In this document: positions 50,949 to 62,795 of the stretch, in pieces | How the letters are laid out: every line of letters begins with the position of its first letter | Numbering within the stretch: the stretch's first letter is position 1 | Assembly: GCA_001643675.2 (NCBI GenBank) | Contig: LSRY02000015.1 | Span: 930,001 to 994,000 of the forward strand | Origin: Monocercomonoides exilis PA203 | Taxonomy: Eukaryota > Protista > Preaxostyla | DNA length: 64,000 nucleotides | Direction: 5' to 3' | Program-made: the position numbers and the translations under genes | Notes under the pieces: model-generated | Told to the model about the DNA's origin: nothing | The model's database searches: none | What the model saw: only the letters and a program-made list of their open reading frames with translations

Positions 50949-51789
50949 TTCTTTTTGATAAGTCGCAAATGAAAAATAATCAAAAAAAAAAAAAAAAAAA
51001 AAAAAATCGAAAATTTCACATTTAGCTCAAATTTCTGTTTCCGCTCACTAATCTTCTAAAGAATGTTTGAAATAGCATCACAGTTAGTGTTAATAATGGT
51101 GGACACATTCAATAACTGTGGACAGTGGAATAATAACAACAACAATTGAAAGTTGTATTTCATCAATAAACCCAATTATTCACTCGATGAATGTGAACAA
51201 ATACGAATCATTTTTATTATTCATTCAACTCAATGAAATTATATAATAATAATTTTTGTTTTCAAAGAAACTTGGAGAAATAAAATATTCTTGTTTCTCC
51301 GTAAAAAGAAAATGGGTGATTTTTTATAAAATCATAACTTTTTTGGAGTATTGATCTTTAAAAGGCATTTTGTCTTTGAAGAGGATAATTCTATTTGAAT
51401 GAACAACACATAACAATTGTTTAAAAAGACAATGTTTGAGATCACACAAATAAAAAAATTGTCTTCATTTGGAATTTTAACTTAAAAGCATTGAAATATC
51501 AATATGAAAAAAGTATCCTCGAATCGAAATATTTTACTGAAAAAATAAAAATGCAAAACGTTTGAGTTTCTGAAACAAGTATCGGTATCGCGCATAAAGT
51601 GATAATTTGCAATTTCTTTGAGAATGGGATTATACAGGACATTCTGTTAACACTCGATCGTTAATTTATTTTAATGAGATATATTATTTGAGTTATTATT
51701 GAAAAATATTTTTCAATTTTCCAGTTGGATCCAATTTTGTTTTCGATAATACATAGTTGTGACATTTTCTCTATTTCATGGAATTCACA

Positions 51790-52200
51790 TCTCACTGAAT
51801 TAATCTTTATCAGAGCTATCCGGTTTCAAAAAAATCAAATAATATGAAAGCTTCTCTTTTATTCAGTTTCTGTTTCATGTCTTGAAAATGTATTTGCTGA
51901 TGATAAGTGAGCATCTTACGGTTTAAAATTAGCTCCATTGTTTCCACATCTCTTTTATCCAAAGCTTTTCTAACTGATTTCTAAGTTTCCCTTTTTTTGA
52001 CAAGTGATTCATATTTTTCACACAGATCGCATAAATCAGTTCTTCTTTTTGCTCGTTAGAGATGTGCTATTCGTTTATAAAATGTACTAGCAGACAGTTT
52101 AATGTTCAGTAATTTGAATTTTTCATATAATTTTTTCTTAGGGATGTTGATGAGCCTTGTTTGAGGTTTTGCATTGGCTGCATCATTGCCATTACACGAT
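51790..52200 (-). pseudogene. Sola-like DDE transposase remnant 1
   Basis: KKKLYEKF...STFYKRI...RAKRRTDLCDLCEK...ILFDFFE, paralogous to the remnant at 53800-54600. Confidence 0.45.
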
Positions 52201-52829
52201 ATGAAAAAAGAAAATTGGTTAAATTGTTGTTCTTCAGAATAGATATGAGAAAATGAATGTGAATGACTTGTTTGAAATGAAATGTTATTGTTGCAAAATC
52301 AATCGGAAGATGATGAATTTCCAGCCTTTTCTCCTTGATTATTTTCCGATATGTGAAGCTGAATCGGACGTTGATACTGAAGTGAGCTTTGAAAAATATT
52401 TGATGATTGTGAAGAACCAGTTATTGTTGAATCATATGTGATGTCAGATGTTAAGTGTTTTTGTTTGTTGTTAGAAGATGAGGAAGGAATAACAATATCT
52501 GTATTGAGAATGATATCAATTTGCTCAAATGGGGACTCATTGCTTTGATATAAGTTTGAAATGTTTGAATATTGTGAAGTGTTTGCTTCTTCGAAGTGAA
52601 AATCTGAAGTGTTTGAATATTCAGTTTATTTATCTTTTGTTGTTTAAAAAAAAAAACTAATTTGGAGATTCTGGATCATTCACAGGATTATTTTCTCTTT
52701 GACATAATTGAAAGTTTATGGATAGGGGTGGTTTCAATACATTTGAAATTTGTTCGCCTTTTCCTTCACAAAAGCAAAGGAAAATATGGACTTTCAAGCT
52801 TTTCGTGAATAAAAAAAAGTGTCAATAAA

Positions 52830-53615
52830 ACAAAAAAATAAAAATTGTTTCACTCATAACTCATTCTAACTTTTTCTGATTGCAAAATAAATAGTATTTT
52901 AAAATCAGAAGACAAATGCAATTGATATTAAAAAATAAAGTTTTGTGATCTCAAACAAATTTCTGAAAATGAACCAATTTTTTTAAGTATTTTTTGATCT
53001 CAAAAGAGAATGATAAGTGCATAATTATAAAATGAAAGAGCTTGAAGTTTCACATATTTCGTCCCATTTAAAAGTGACCTTGTGCATGCATCAGCATACA
53101 AAACATTTTCTTTTTCAATCCTTATTTAATTTCATGTTTGTTGAAAATAAAAAAATTTTCTTTCCATTATCAACTTTTTTTGTTGGATCAAATTTTTAAT
53201 TTCTGAAGGAAAATCAATTAAGTTCGAAAATTTTTGTTATTGATATTATTTCTGAAATAAAAATATATAACAAATAAATGTTGATTATGGAATGAAAATT
53301 TTATAATTTTCAACAAACATGAAATTAAATAAGGATTGAAAAAGAAAATGTTTTGTATGCTGATGCATGCACAAGGTCACTTTTAAATGGGACGAAATAT
53401 GTGAAACTTCAAGCTCTTTCATTTTATAATTATGCACTTATCATTCTCTTTTGAGATCAAAAAATACTTAAAAAAATGGGTTCATTTTCAGTAATTCGTG
53501 AAATGACACAACACTTAATATTTTGATTTCAACGATGCCTGTTTTCTGATATGAAAAAATAACTTATTTGTAAATCTGAGAAAGCGAAATAAAGTTGTGA
53601 ATTACTAATTTTTTT
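52830..53615. repeat. Long inverted repeat (hairpin) with a perfectly matched ~170-bp core
   Basis: 52981-53148 matches the reverse complement of ~53307-53473 with no mismatch seen. The inner and outer extensions are alignable but diverged. Confidence 0.9.
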
Positions 53616-53799
53616 GGGGGATTTGTGTTTTCATTTTTCATGCGGGGGAAAATACAGACTTTCAAGCTTTTTTTATGTATTGTTATAGAATGTTGTTTCA
53701 AAGAAAAAAATGAAAAAGGAGATAAAAGCTAAAAACAATAAAGAAACATCATAAAACACAGAGGCTTTAATCTTTACGAAGCACTGAATGAATCAAACA

Positions 53800-54600
53800 A
53801 TCAGAATGGAAACACCAAGAGCTCGAATAAAGAAAAAAATCGAAATCTTTTCTCTCAAGTTAAAAAGCGAATCATTGAAAAAATTTAGAAATAAATGCAT
53901 CAAAAATTATATCAAAAGACAGGTGTGAAAATGCCATATTCAACTTTTTGTCGCAAATCAAAGGATTTCAGAAAAGCAAAGAGAAGAATAGATTTTAGTG
54001 ATGTCTGCGAGAAGGGAGAGTATTTGAAAAGAAAAAAAGTTGAAATGAAGAAGAAATCGATAAGATTATCAGAATCTGAAGAGAGTGACCAGAATCTGAT
54101 TCAAAAGCACAATATTACGGTAGAAAATTAACGAGAGTATTTTCACTGTGTGATATATAATCTGAAAAGAATTAAAGTTTTGATCCTAATGGATTTTAAG
54201 GAAAACTGGAGCTTACCGATTTCAGATCGAGAAACTGGACAAAATTTTCAAGATAAAAAAAGCAAACTATTCATTTCCGCTATTTTGTTTTTAGTATAGA
54301 TGATAATTGTTATTTAAAAAAAAAATAACTTTTCTTTTTTTTCTGATGTTTTCAATCATGCTTATAAATTCTTATGTGAATGTTTGAAAAAACGGATTTG
54401 TCGTGATATTTTTTGAATGTTTTTTTTTTTCCATTTTCTCAGCAACGATGAACTTCACTTTCATAATGCAGGTGTTGTGTGTTGCCACTTTTCTTCTGTC
54501 TCACAGTCGTTTCCAGGGAAAAGGAATTATTGCTCTTTCATTTCCAAGCACAATTGGATGAATGAGTGCTATAGCGAATTTGGATTTCTCACTAACTTGT
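53800..54600 (+). pseudogene. Sola-like DDE transposase remnant 2
   Basis: YSTFCRK...KAKRRIDFSDVCEK, VLILMDFKENW, FLSNDELHFHNA and FISKHNWMNECYSEFG resemble the Sola2 motif series CxxC / DFxEN / SDxxxQF / FxxxHGKxxCD. The family assignment is inference. Confidence 0.5.
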
Positions 54601-57600
54601 AGAATAGTCATTAAAATAATTTCGAATTAGTTTTTATTTATGATTTTTATCGAATTCTTCTGTGGGCAGTTGATCTCATATTTAATTGGAGAAGAGAATA
54701 ATTTATCAAACAATTTATCTTCCTTGTTCATTACACTCAACTGTTCTGCAAATAAGATGTCCATTCACAGAGAATAATCACATCAAAGAGTAATCGAAAG
54801 ATAACTGATTCAAGATTCTTTTTTTTAAATGCTATATTTTTTTTAGTATCCGTCCTTGTATTTTTAATATAAATTTCTTTTTTCAATAAGTGATTTTATT
54901 TTTATTGTTTGAATTCATATGTTTATTCAAATATCAGCGTGGAAACTGTTTCATGTGGTTAGAAATGGTAGTGAAAGGAATGAAGAAATACTTGCATTAT
55001 TTCAAGGAAAATAAAAAACTTTATGGATCTGTATTAAACAATAAAATAACATCCATAACTTTTCAACTTTCATTCACAGAAATAGTTCAAGAAGATTAAA
55101 AAGAAAAGATATTTTTTGACAAAACTTCGAAGAATGATATAGTTTGAAACATTCGAGGAATGATGTGAAAAAGAGCGTGAAAAATCATCAAAGAAAGATT
55201 ATTTTTAATAATTGAATAAAAAATTAATAATGAACAAAGCAAATTTTATTAGAAAATTATTTTTGTTAAAATTTTTTTATCACAATATCGAATTGCTTTT
55301 TTCCTAAAAACAATTCTCATTCAAGAAATTTTTCAAAATATATTTATCAACTGACAACACATGTTTGCTATTTTTTTCTGTTTATTCATTAATTCTTTTT
55401 CAAAAGAATTTTTGCAGTACAGAACAAGAATTAATTCATCCATTCATTTTATTATCTTCAAATGGTTTTTTTCGCATTGCTTTAATTAAAAATAATTTCT
55501 CCAAAAAAGTTAAAAATAATATAAATGAATGAAAGTGTTCGTTTTCTCAATGAAATATTAAAACATCATTGATGCCAAAGTCATATCAGTCCTGTTTTTA
55601 TGATTTTTTGATAAATCACGAAAACTTGCGGTATTTGGGATCAGAAATGGTCTCCCAAGTGAACTATCATTTTTTAATTGAGATTAATTATCAAAAAACG
55701 TAAATTTGGATATTGTCAAAGATGTGTTTTTTAAAAAAGAAAAAACCGACACTGAATAAAAAAAACTGACTGATAAAATAAAAAAGAATTTCAATTTGTT
55801 GGTTGTGCAATTTTTTGAAAATGAAAAATTCTCTCAATTAAAAATTTGTTGAGAACAACAGTTATCTTTTTAAGTTATCGTTGTGCACAATAAAATAATT
55901 TATGAATGTCAAATTTATCTTGAATTTTCAGCGCATGCTCCATGTATCATTCAATAAAGCGAATTCAAATTTTTTGAAAACAAAAAAACAAATTGTGTTT
56001 TTGTTCAAATTATTCACCTTATTTATTTAATTTTTCAAAAATGTTTCATATCTCAAAAATTCATTGATACAAAAGGTTAATATGAAAAATAAAAGCATTG
56101 CATGCATTTATCAATGTATGATAATCCTAGAATTTTTATTTAGTCAAAATATGTCAAATTTCTCGGTAATTTTTCAAAATTGATTTTTTTCTAGAGAAAG
56201 AAACAATTAAAAAAAAAAATTCGTCCACCCAAAAGGTTATATTTATATATATCGAATATTTGATCATTTTGCATATTGCAAACAACACAAGTTGCAAAAA
56301 AAATGGAGAAGGTTTTTATTCCAATATCATTTATCTGATTTTTCTCTTTTTTTTCATAGCATATTGAAGCTTTGATGAAAATTTTGTGAATATTTGTAGT
56401 CGGTTCAATTGTATTCCAACGTATGTTCATGAAAATTTAAAAGGAATTATTGGTACATAAGTTCCCTTGAAAAAATAATTATGCAATAAAACCAGAATGT
56501 TTGGAATCGCATCGCACCATTCGACATCTTTGAATATTCGATGTTTTGATAAACTTATTCGAAATGTTACAGATTGAATTTGAACCGGAAATTCTTGACA
56601 CAAATTTGAATGATAATTCTCAAAAAAACAAGTGCTGTTTGTATAATAGATAAAGAATGACTTCTGTTTTCATTATATTTATAACTCATCCAATTCCAAC
56701 AGCTTTTCTTTTCCGATCACGTCAAACTTTTTTCTCACGAATGAACATATATGGAACAAGCAGTGCCATCTTGTTGCAACAAAAGCAAGAACGGCCTTCT
56801 TCAGAATTGATCTGTATGTTTTCGTATGGGATCTTTCCGAAAATTCCAAAATAGAATATTTTATTTTCGAAAGAAATTTTGTCTTGCTGAATGATAAAAA
56901 AATAAATAAGTTCGTCAGTTTGCAACAGCAGCAAGTTAAAACAGGTTCTATTGTTGGAGTTACACTAAAAGAGGAAAGTTCAATAAAACTTTGTTGAATT
57001 AAATAATTAATAGCTTTTAATTGTGCTGCAAACCAATCTGTGCTAAAACTTCTTAAAATAGAAATAAAAAAAAAAAAAAAAAAAAAAAAAAAACTTTTGT
57101 TAATTTTTGAAATAAAAGCAAATAATCATCTGCTATGGGCGAGACATCACCTCCCTGAAAATGCAATATCGAAAAATCGGATATGTCAAACATTTCTTTA
57201 TGTTTTGCTACTGTTTTTAAAATTATTTGCAAATAGCGAATCTTCTTTTTTGTTTAAAAAAATATTTTTTAAGGAAAAAATTTATTATGGGCATTGATCA
57301 ATCGCGTAATTTGTTCATTTTCATTTCTCATTAAATAGTGAAAAGTTTTATTCAAATACCTCGGTTTGCATTTTAGATTTTGTTTCTGTTTCATGAAATA
57401 TTGCGTGCTTATTGAAATCTTTTTTAATTAACAAAAACAGTGACGTGATCTTCAAAGTTAACAATTCGAAGCAATGCTTTTAAATTAGTTACAAGCTAAG
57501 TCAAAACTGTATGTTATATTTTGTTATTATTAATATCTCTCTTTCATTTCATTAAATAATCTTTAATATTCATTATATTTTTGATAATAACTTGTGTGAT

Positions 57601-57660
57601 TTCAATTTTCTCTCATTATTGCATTGAATTGAAATCGCAAAGCGTATGCAAAGAAAGATG

Positions 57661-57820
57661 CTGGGGGAAGCAGCGCAAAGCAGGGGGAAGCTGGGGGAAG
57701 CTGGGGGAAGCTGGGGAAAGCAGTGCAAAGCTGGGGGAAGCTGAAGGAAGCTGGGGGAAGCAGTGCAAAACTGGGGGAAGCTGGGGGAAGCAGTGCAAAA
57801 CTGGGGGAAGCAGCGCAAAA
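57661..57820 (+). repeat. 16 x 10-bp G-tract minisatellite in the left arm of D
   Basis: CTGGGGGAAG units interspersed with CAG(T/C)GCAAA(G/A). Ten units carry G4-G5 runs. Confidence 0.9.
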
Positions 57821-58042
57821 TGATTTATAATGTAATTTTGACACATTAGTTGATTATTAGTCAATAAAAATGAAAATTGAGGAAATCGAGATGAGAGAAG
57901 TGAGAAGAGAGAAGAGAGAAGAGAGAAAGAAGACAAGAAGACAAAAAATGAATATATTGTTATAATTTGTTTTGCTTTTTTTAATTTATTGTTTTTTGTT
58001 AATAAATAAAAAATAAAACATTGAACAGCTCTTATTTTTTAT

Positions 58043-58936
58043 TTAATTATTTAATTTGATATTTGCAAAAATTGTTAAAAATTTAACAAATGAGTTGGCT
58101 GGATTTCTTTGAAATGTGAATGCATCCAAATATTCTTCCAAGTATTTTTTTCTGACTCCATAAGGAGGAAGATATTTTCTTAACAAACTCCACGTACTTT
58201 CAATTCGTTGAGTGTGAGCTTTAGTTATCGGATCAACAAATCTTTTGCTATGGTTGACTGTTTCGTGAAGATAATCCTTTTCGTTGATTCCGTTATAACC
58301 CTTCCAGCAATCTGTAAATATCTTTGTCTTTTTTGAAACATGCTCCTCGATTGATGAATGAAGAATTTCACGAGTTCTCTTTAAGACTGGCAATAAAAAA
58401 AGCTTTGATTTTTCTCCTTTTTTCTTTGGCCTCTCTATTCCACCCAATATCCAATTTTGCCTTTTCCCTCTTCCTCTATTGTATTTTCTCTTTGGGAAAA
58501 CGGCTTCATCAATTTCAACTTCAACATTTTCTCCTCCAATTTTTTCCTTATGTTTCTTTTTGTAGAGCGAAATTGTCTGTCTGAAATTTGCAAACATTTT
58601 GCTAACTGTAATTGGAGATTTTCCAGTGATAAAAGAACAATGTTTTTGAGACATTCCTGTCCAAAAACACAATGACATCAAACAAACACAAGAAATTCTC
58701 ATTTTGAATTGGCTAAAGTGGTTGTTGGCCTTAATGTTAATTTGTTTGTGTCTACAAACAAATCTTGTTGCATTATCTTCAAAAACATACAATTTCATAT
58801 TTCTTTTGCATTTCCAGCAATATTTGTTTTTTTCTAGTATCATATTCTCCAATAGCCAGTTGACTGTATCCTTTTCTGTTGAAAAGATTCGAAATAACTT
58901 CTTAAAGTATGTTCTCGATTCTTTTTGATTTTGCAT
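58043..58936 (-). CDS. Intact Merlin/ISXO2 DDE transposase (297 aa from the ATG at 58936)
   Basis: Uninterrupted ORF with CWKC zinc ribbon, IGGENVEVEIDEA, KRKYNRGR, WILGGIER, IFTDCWKGY, TVNHS and HTQRIESTW. The D-D-E triad is intact. Confidence 0.92.
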   Translation of the reverse strand: MQNQKESRTYFKKLFRIFSTEKDTVNWLLENMILEKNKYCWKCKRNMKLYVFEDNATRFVCRHKQINIKANNHFSQFKMRISCVCLMSLCFWTGMSQKHCSFITGKSPITVSKMFANFRQTISLYKKKHKEKIGGENVEVEIDEAVFPKRKYNRGRGKRQNWILGGIERPKKKGEKSKLFLLPVLKRTREILHSSIEEHVSKKTKIFTDCWKGYNGINEKDYLHETVNHSKRFVDPITKAHTQRIESTWSLLRKYLPPYGVRKKYLEEYLDAFTFQRNPANSFVKFLTIFANIKLNN

Positions 58937-59270
58937 AAGAAATATAAATTGATCAGCGTTTAAACAACAAAGCAAAAGTTATGGAAATCCAGCCAACTCA
59001 TTTGTTAAATTTTTAACAATTTTTGCAAATATCAAATTAAATAATTAAATAAAAAATAAGAGCTGTTCAATGTTTTATTTTTTATTTATTAACAAAAAAC
59101 AATAAATTAAAAAAAGCAAAACAAATTATAACAATATATTCATTTTTTGTCTTCTTGTCTTCTTTCTCTCTTCTCTCTTCTCTCTTCTCACTTCTCTCAT
59201 CTCGATTTCCTCAATTTTCATTTTTATTGACTAATAATCAACTAATGTGTCAAAATTACATTATAAATCA

Positions 59271-59430
59271 TTTTGCGCTGCTTCCCCCAGTTTTGCACTG
59301 CTTCCCCCAGCTTCCCCCAGTTTTGCACTGCTTCCCCCAGCTTCCTTCAGCTTCCCCCAGCTTTGCACTGCTTTCCCCAGCTTCCCCCAGCTTCCCCCAG
59401 CTTCCCCCTGCTTTGCGCTGCTTCCCCCAG
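59271..59430 (-). repeat. Mirror copy of the 10-bp G-tract minisatellite in the right arm of D
   Basis: Reverse complement of 57661-57820. Confidence 0.9.
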
Positions 59431-61503
59431 CATCTTTCTTTGCATACGCTTTGCGATTTCAATTCAATGCAATAATGAGAGAAAATTGAAATCACACAAG
59501 TTATTATCAAAAATATAATGAATATTAAAGATTATTTAATGAAATGAAAGAGAGATATTAATAATAACAAAATATAACATACAGTTTTGACTTAGCTTGT
59601 AACTAATTTAAAAGCATTGCTTCGAATTGTTAACTTTGAAGATCACGTCACTGTTTTTGTTAATTAAAAAAGATTTCAATAAGCACGCAATATTTCATGA
59701 AACAGAAACAAAATCTAAAATGCAAACCGAGGTATTTGAATAAAACTTTTCACTATTTAATGAGAAATGAAAATGAACAAATTACGCGATTGATCAATGC
59801 CCATAATAAATTTTTTCCTTAAAAAATATTTTTTTAAACAAAAAAGAAGATTCGCTATTTGCAAATAATTTTAAAAACAGTAGCAAAACATAAAGAAATG
59901 TTTGACATATCCGATTTTTCGATATTGCATTTTCAGGGAGGTGATATCTCGCCCTGCTATGTAACATGGAGGAAAAATTACCCCCCCCGCACCCAAAAAA
60001 AAAAAAAAAAGGATTGATAATAAAGATAATTGACAAATAGTTACAACTGTATACTGTTTATGGGCTACAGATGCACCGTCAACCATTTCACATAATCCAC
60101 AATTCGTAATATTTGTCTTTCGTTCCTTTTCCACTTTTGCTTTTTCTTTCAAGACTGAATTTGATACCTTTCTCCTTGTTAAATATGAAAAAATAGATTC
60201 TGTGTTTGCTGTGGAATAGGCTTGTCCAGCTCGAATAAGTGATGAATAAAATACATTTGATTCTTTTGATGAAGCTGATAAAAACGAAATATTGCATTTT
60301 GTGATCATCGAAACAAATTGCGTTTCTAACGTCTCGTGTATCGGTATTGATGGAGATATGTGATTGTTTTGTTGAGAAACTGAATAATTATTGCTCGCAG
60401 CTTGTCTAATTAGAGTTGTAATAAAGTGAGTTTTTAGTAATTCGCATTTGAAACTCACAATTGAATAATGCTTTTTCTATCGCATATTCCATAGCTAATT
60501 CCATCTTTGCAAACTGGACAAAGATTATATCGGTGAAAATGTTTTTTGCTTGCAAAGTCTTCTACAACTTTTACCAATGTGATTCACAAATAATTATTGC
60601 AGTTAATGAACGCTATTTTTGAAATGAAATTGTTCTTTTTAATTGGATTCTCGTTAACAAAAAGAAATTTTGTTTCAATTCAATTGTTTATAATATATAA
60701 AATGTATAAAATGAAAAGCAAAACCTGTGTCAAATTTTGTTTCACAACGCTTTGAAATATTCATGAATTGCGGATTCGTTTCATTTAACTGTCCGAACTT
60801 GTCTTCATATGCTTTTGCTTGAAAAAAATAATGTTATTAATAATCGAAAAAATCATAGGAAAAAAACAACAACAAATAATGAATTTGATAAAGAAATTTT
60901 CAACTCATAAACAAGTTTGGCTTTCTTTTCATCACATATATTTTTTCAACTTGACAGTGAATTTCACTGACTTCACTGACAGTCAGTAGATCATAAAATT
61001 CCATTAAAGACTTCAGTGTCAGAAGCGCATGAACAGTCAATTTTGTTAAATGAAAAATAGTCAATTTGGAACAAAATATTTGAGTTCACGCATTTTCATA
61101 GAAAAATAATACATCTTCGATGAACTTTTTGTGATCAAAAATTAAAAAAAAAAGTTTATTTTTTGAAATACATGTGACATCACAAAACAATTTGTGATCA
61201 CATCAATAACGTTTGTTTGCAGTTATGAAAATCTTATTAATTTTGAAATTAGATAAAGATTAATAATGTAATAAGTGAAACAAATATTTCACGCTTTGTG
61301 CATAATAAGCTTGAAAGTCCTTATTATGCTTCATGAAAAAATTTCTCTTGAAAAATTAAATATTTCAAAAAGTTCACTTAAAAAATTTATTATTAATGGA
61401 AACGTAAAATCAGTTAGTTTTCATTTATTTATTTATTTTATTTTGGGCAATAAAGAATTTTTATATGTTCAAATATTTCCATTTTATTGTGTTGTCAAAT
61501 ATT

Positions 61504-62003
61504 TGGGTGATTATTTTTGAAATCAAAACTATTTTCGGAGTGTCGGTTTTTCAAAGTTTTTTGTCAGTGAATAGAGATTTTGTTTTCAAATTGTCAATAT
61601 ATCTCTACTGTTTCAAAAACGAATATTTGGGTGATTCTTTTTGAAAAGTCACAAATGTTTAATTTTCAAATATATCAAAAATTGCTATTTTTTGCTCAAA
61701 TTTCTGTTTCACCTCACAAATCTCCTCAAGAATGTTTGAAATAGCATTTTCAAGAAATAGATTCCATTAAAGTTAAGTTTGATATTTGTTAACAAATTAT
61801 TTAGCATAATATGCAATTTTTGATATATTTGAAAATTAAACATTTGTGACTTTTCAAAAAGAATCCCCCATTTAGCTTTGATAAGCATGTGGATGTCTCT
61901 GATAAGCCTTATCATTTTTCAGAGTTCATTTGTCAATATTCAAGTGATAATTTCAAATCAAAAACTATGCTTGAAAAAATGTGAAATAAAAAATAATCAC
62001 CCA
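61504..62003. mobile_element. TGGG MITE type I with a nested type II copy (61628-61870, TT/TT flanks)
   Basis: Outer TGGGTGATTATTTTTGAAATC...AATAATCACCCA encloses a 243-bp fold-back related to 44440-44681. Outer minus inner is about 257 bp. Confidence 0.75.
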
Positions 62004-62795
62004 TATACAATGAAACATTTGTAGAAACAGTTGTTTTTCTTTTATCATAAGAATAATATTAAGAAAAGTTCTTTTGATTAAAGTTTTCGTATTTCTTTAT
62101 TTGTTTCAACATAAGTTGTTAAAATGATAACGAGTGATTGATTGTATTTTTTTTTTTTATAAATTGGCTTTTACAATATATTGTTTGCTTTCCATTATAA
62201 TTTCATTTTCTGGAAATTTTATCTTTTTTTCATGTTTAGCACGACTAAAGAACATCGAAGCACACGAAAAAGACTGATAAAATCTAAAGCTATAGACATC
62301 GCTGATATTTTTAAGAAGATGCCTTACGAGCGCGCTGTCTTGTTATTAAAAGCTTTTATGCTTGAAGATGAATTTGGAAAACTTCTTTTCCATGATTTTA
62401 TTAAATCATATGACTGTTTGAATATTTCTTTTTGATTTTATTTGATAATTTATTTTTTTTTTTATTTTCTATAATTATATATTTAAACTATTCATTTTAA
62501 ACAAATAAAAAATGCGAACTTTTTTCTAATTTTTAATCTTCGGTTTTCGAAATTATTTGTGAAGTGGAAAAAACAATGCAAAAGAAAAATTCGACATAAA
62601 CATTTCCCTCTTCTTCTCCTTATATCCTCTCAGCATCCACTCATTCATTTCAATTATTTTCTTCTCCCTCTTCTTCTTCTCCTTCTCCTTCTCCTTCATT
62701 TTTTCCTTCTTTTTCAAAATTCAAGTTTGAATTGGAGTTGCGATATACCTTCCTCAAAATGCATTGAAATATAATTAAAGCTATTTTTGATCATT

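Larger units (their letters stand above)
57138..59953. mobile_element. Merlin element D (2816 bp) with 970-bp terminal inverted arms
   Basis: Arms at 57138-58107 and 58984-59953; the only mismatch I noticed is 57145/59946. Perfect 8-bp TSD CTGCTATG (57130-57137, 59954-59961). GGC termini. Confidence 0.95.
56400..60560 (-). pseudogene. hAT transposase pseudogene split by Merlin element D
   Basis: Right of D: CPVCK and ORF 59871-60458 (MITKCNISF...CEMVDGAS). Left of D: SFSTDWFAAQL, CCCCKLTNL (CxxHxxNL-like) and FVATRWHCL (hAT TRW motif, ~56760-56790). Confidence 0.65.

Noticed and set aside
57661-57820. CRISPR-like array
   Set aside because: Contiguous 10-mers with no unique spacers, in a eukaryotic context with no cas genes.
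57573-57936. Short ORFs (PQLPPASPSF / GGSWGK repeats) in the arms of D, mirrored at 59155-59518
   Set aside because: They are translations of the 10-bp minisatellite and are open in several frames on both strands.
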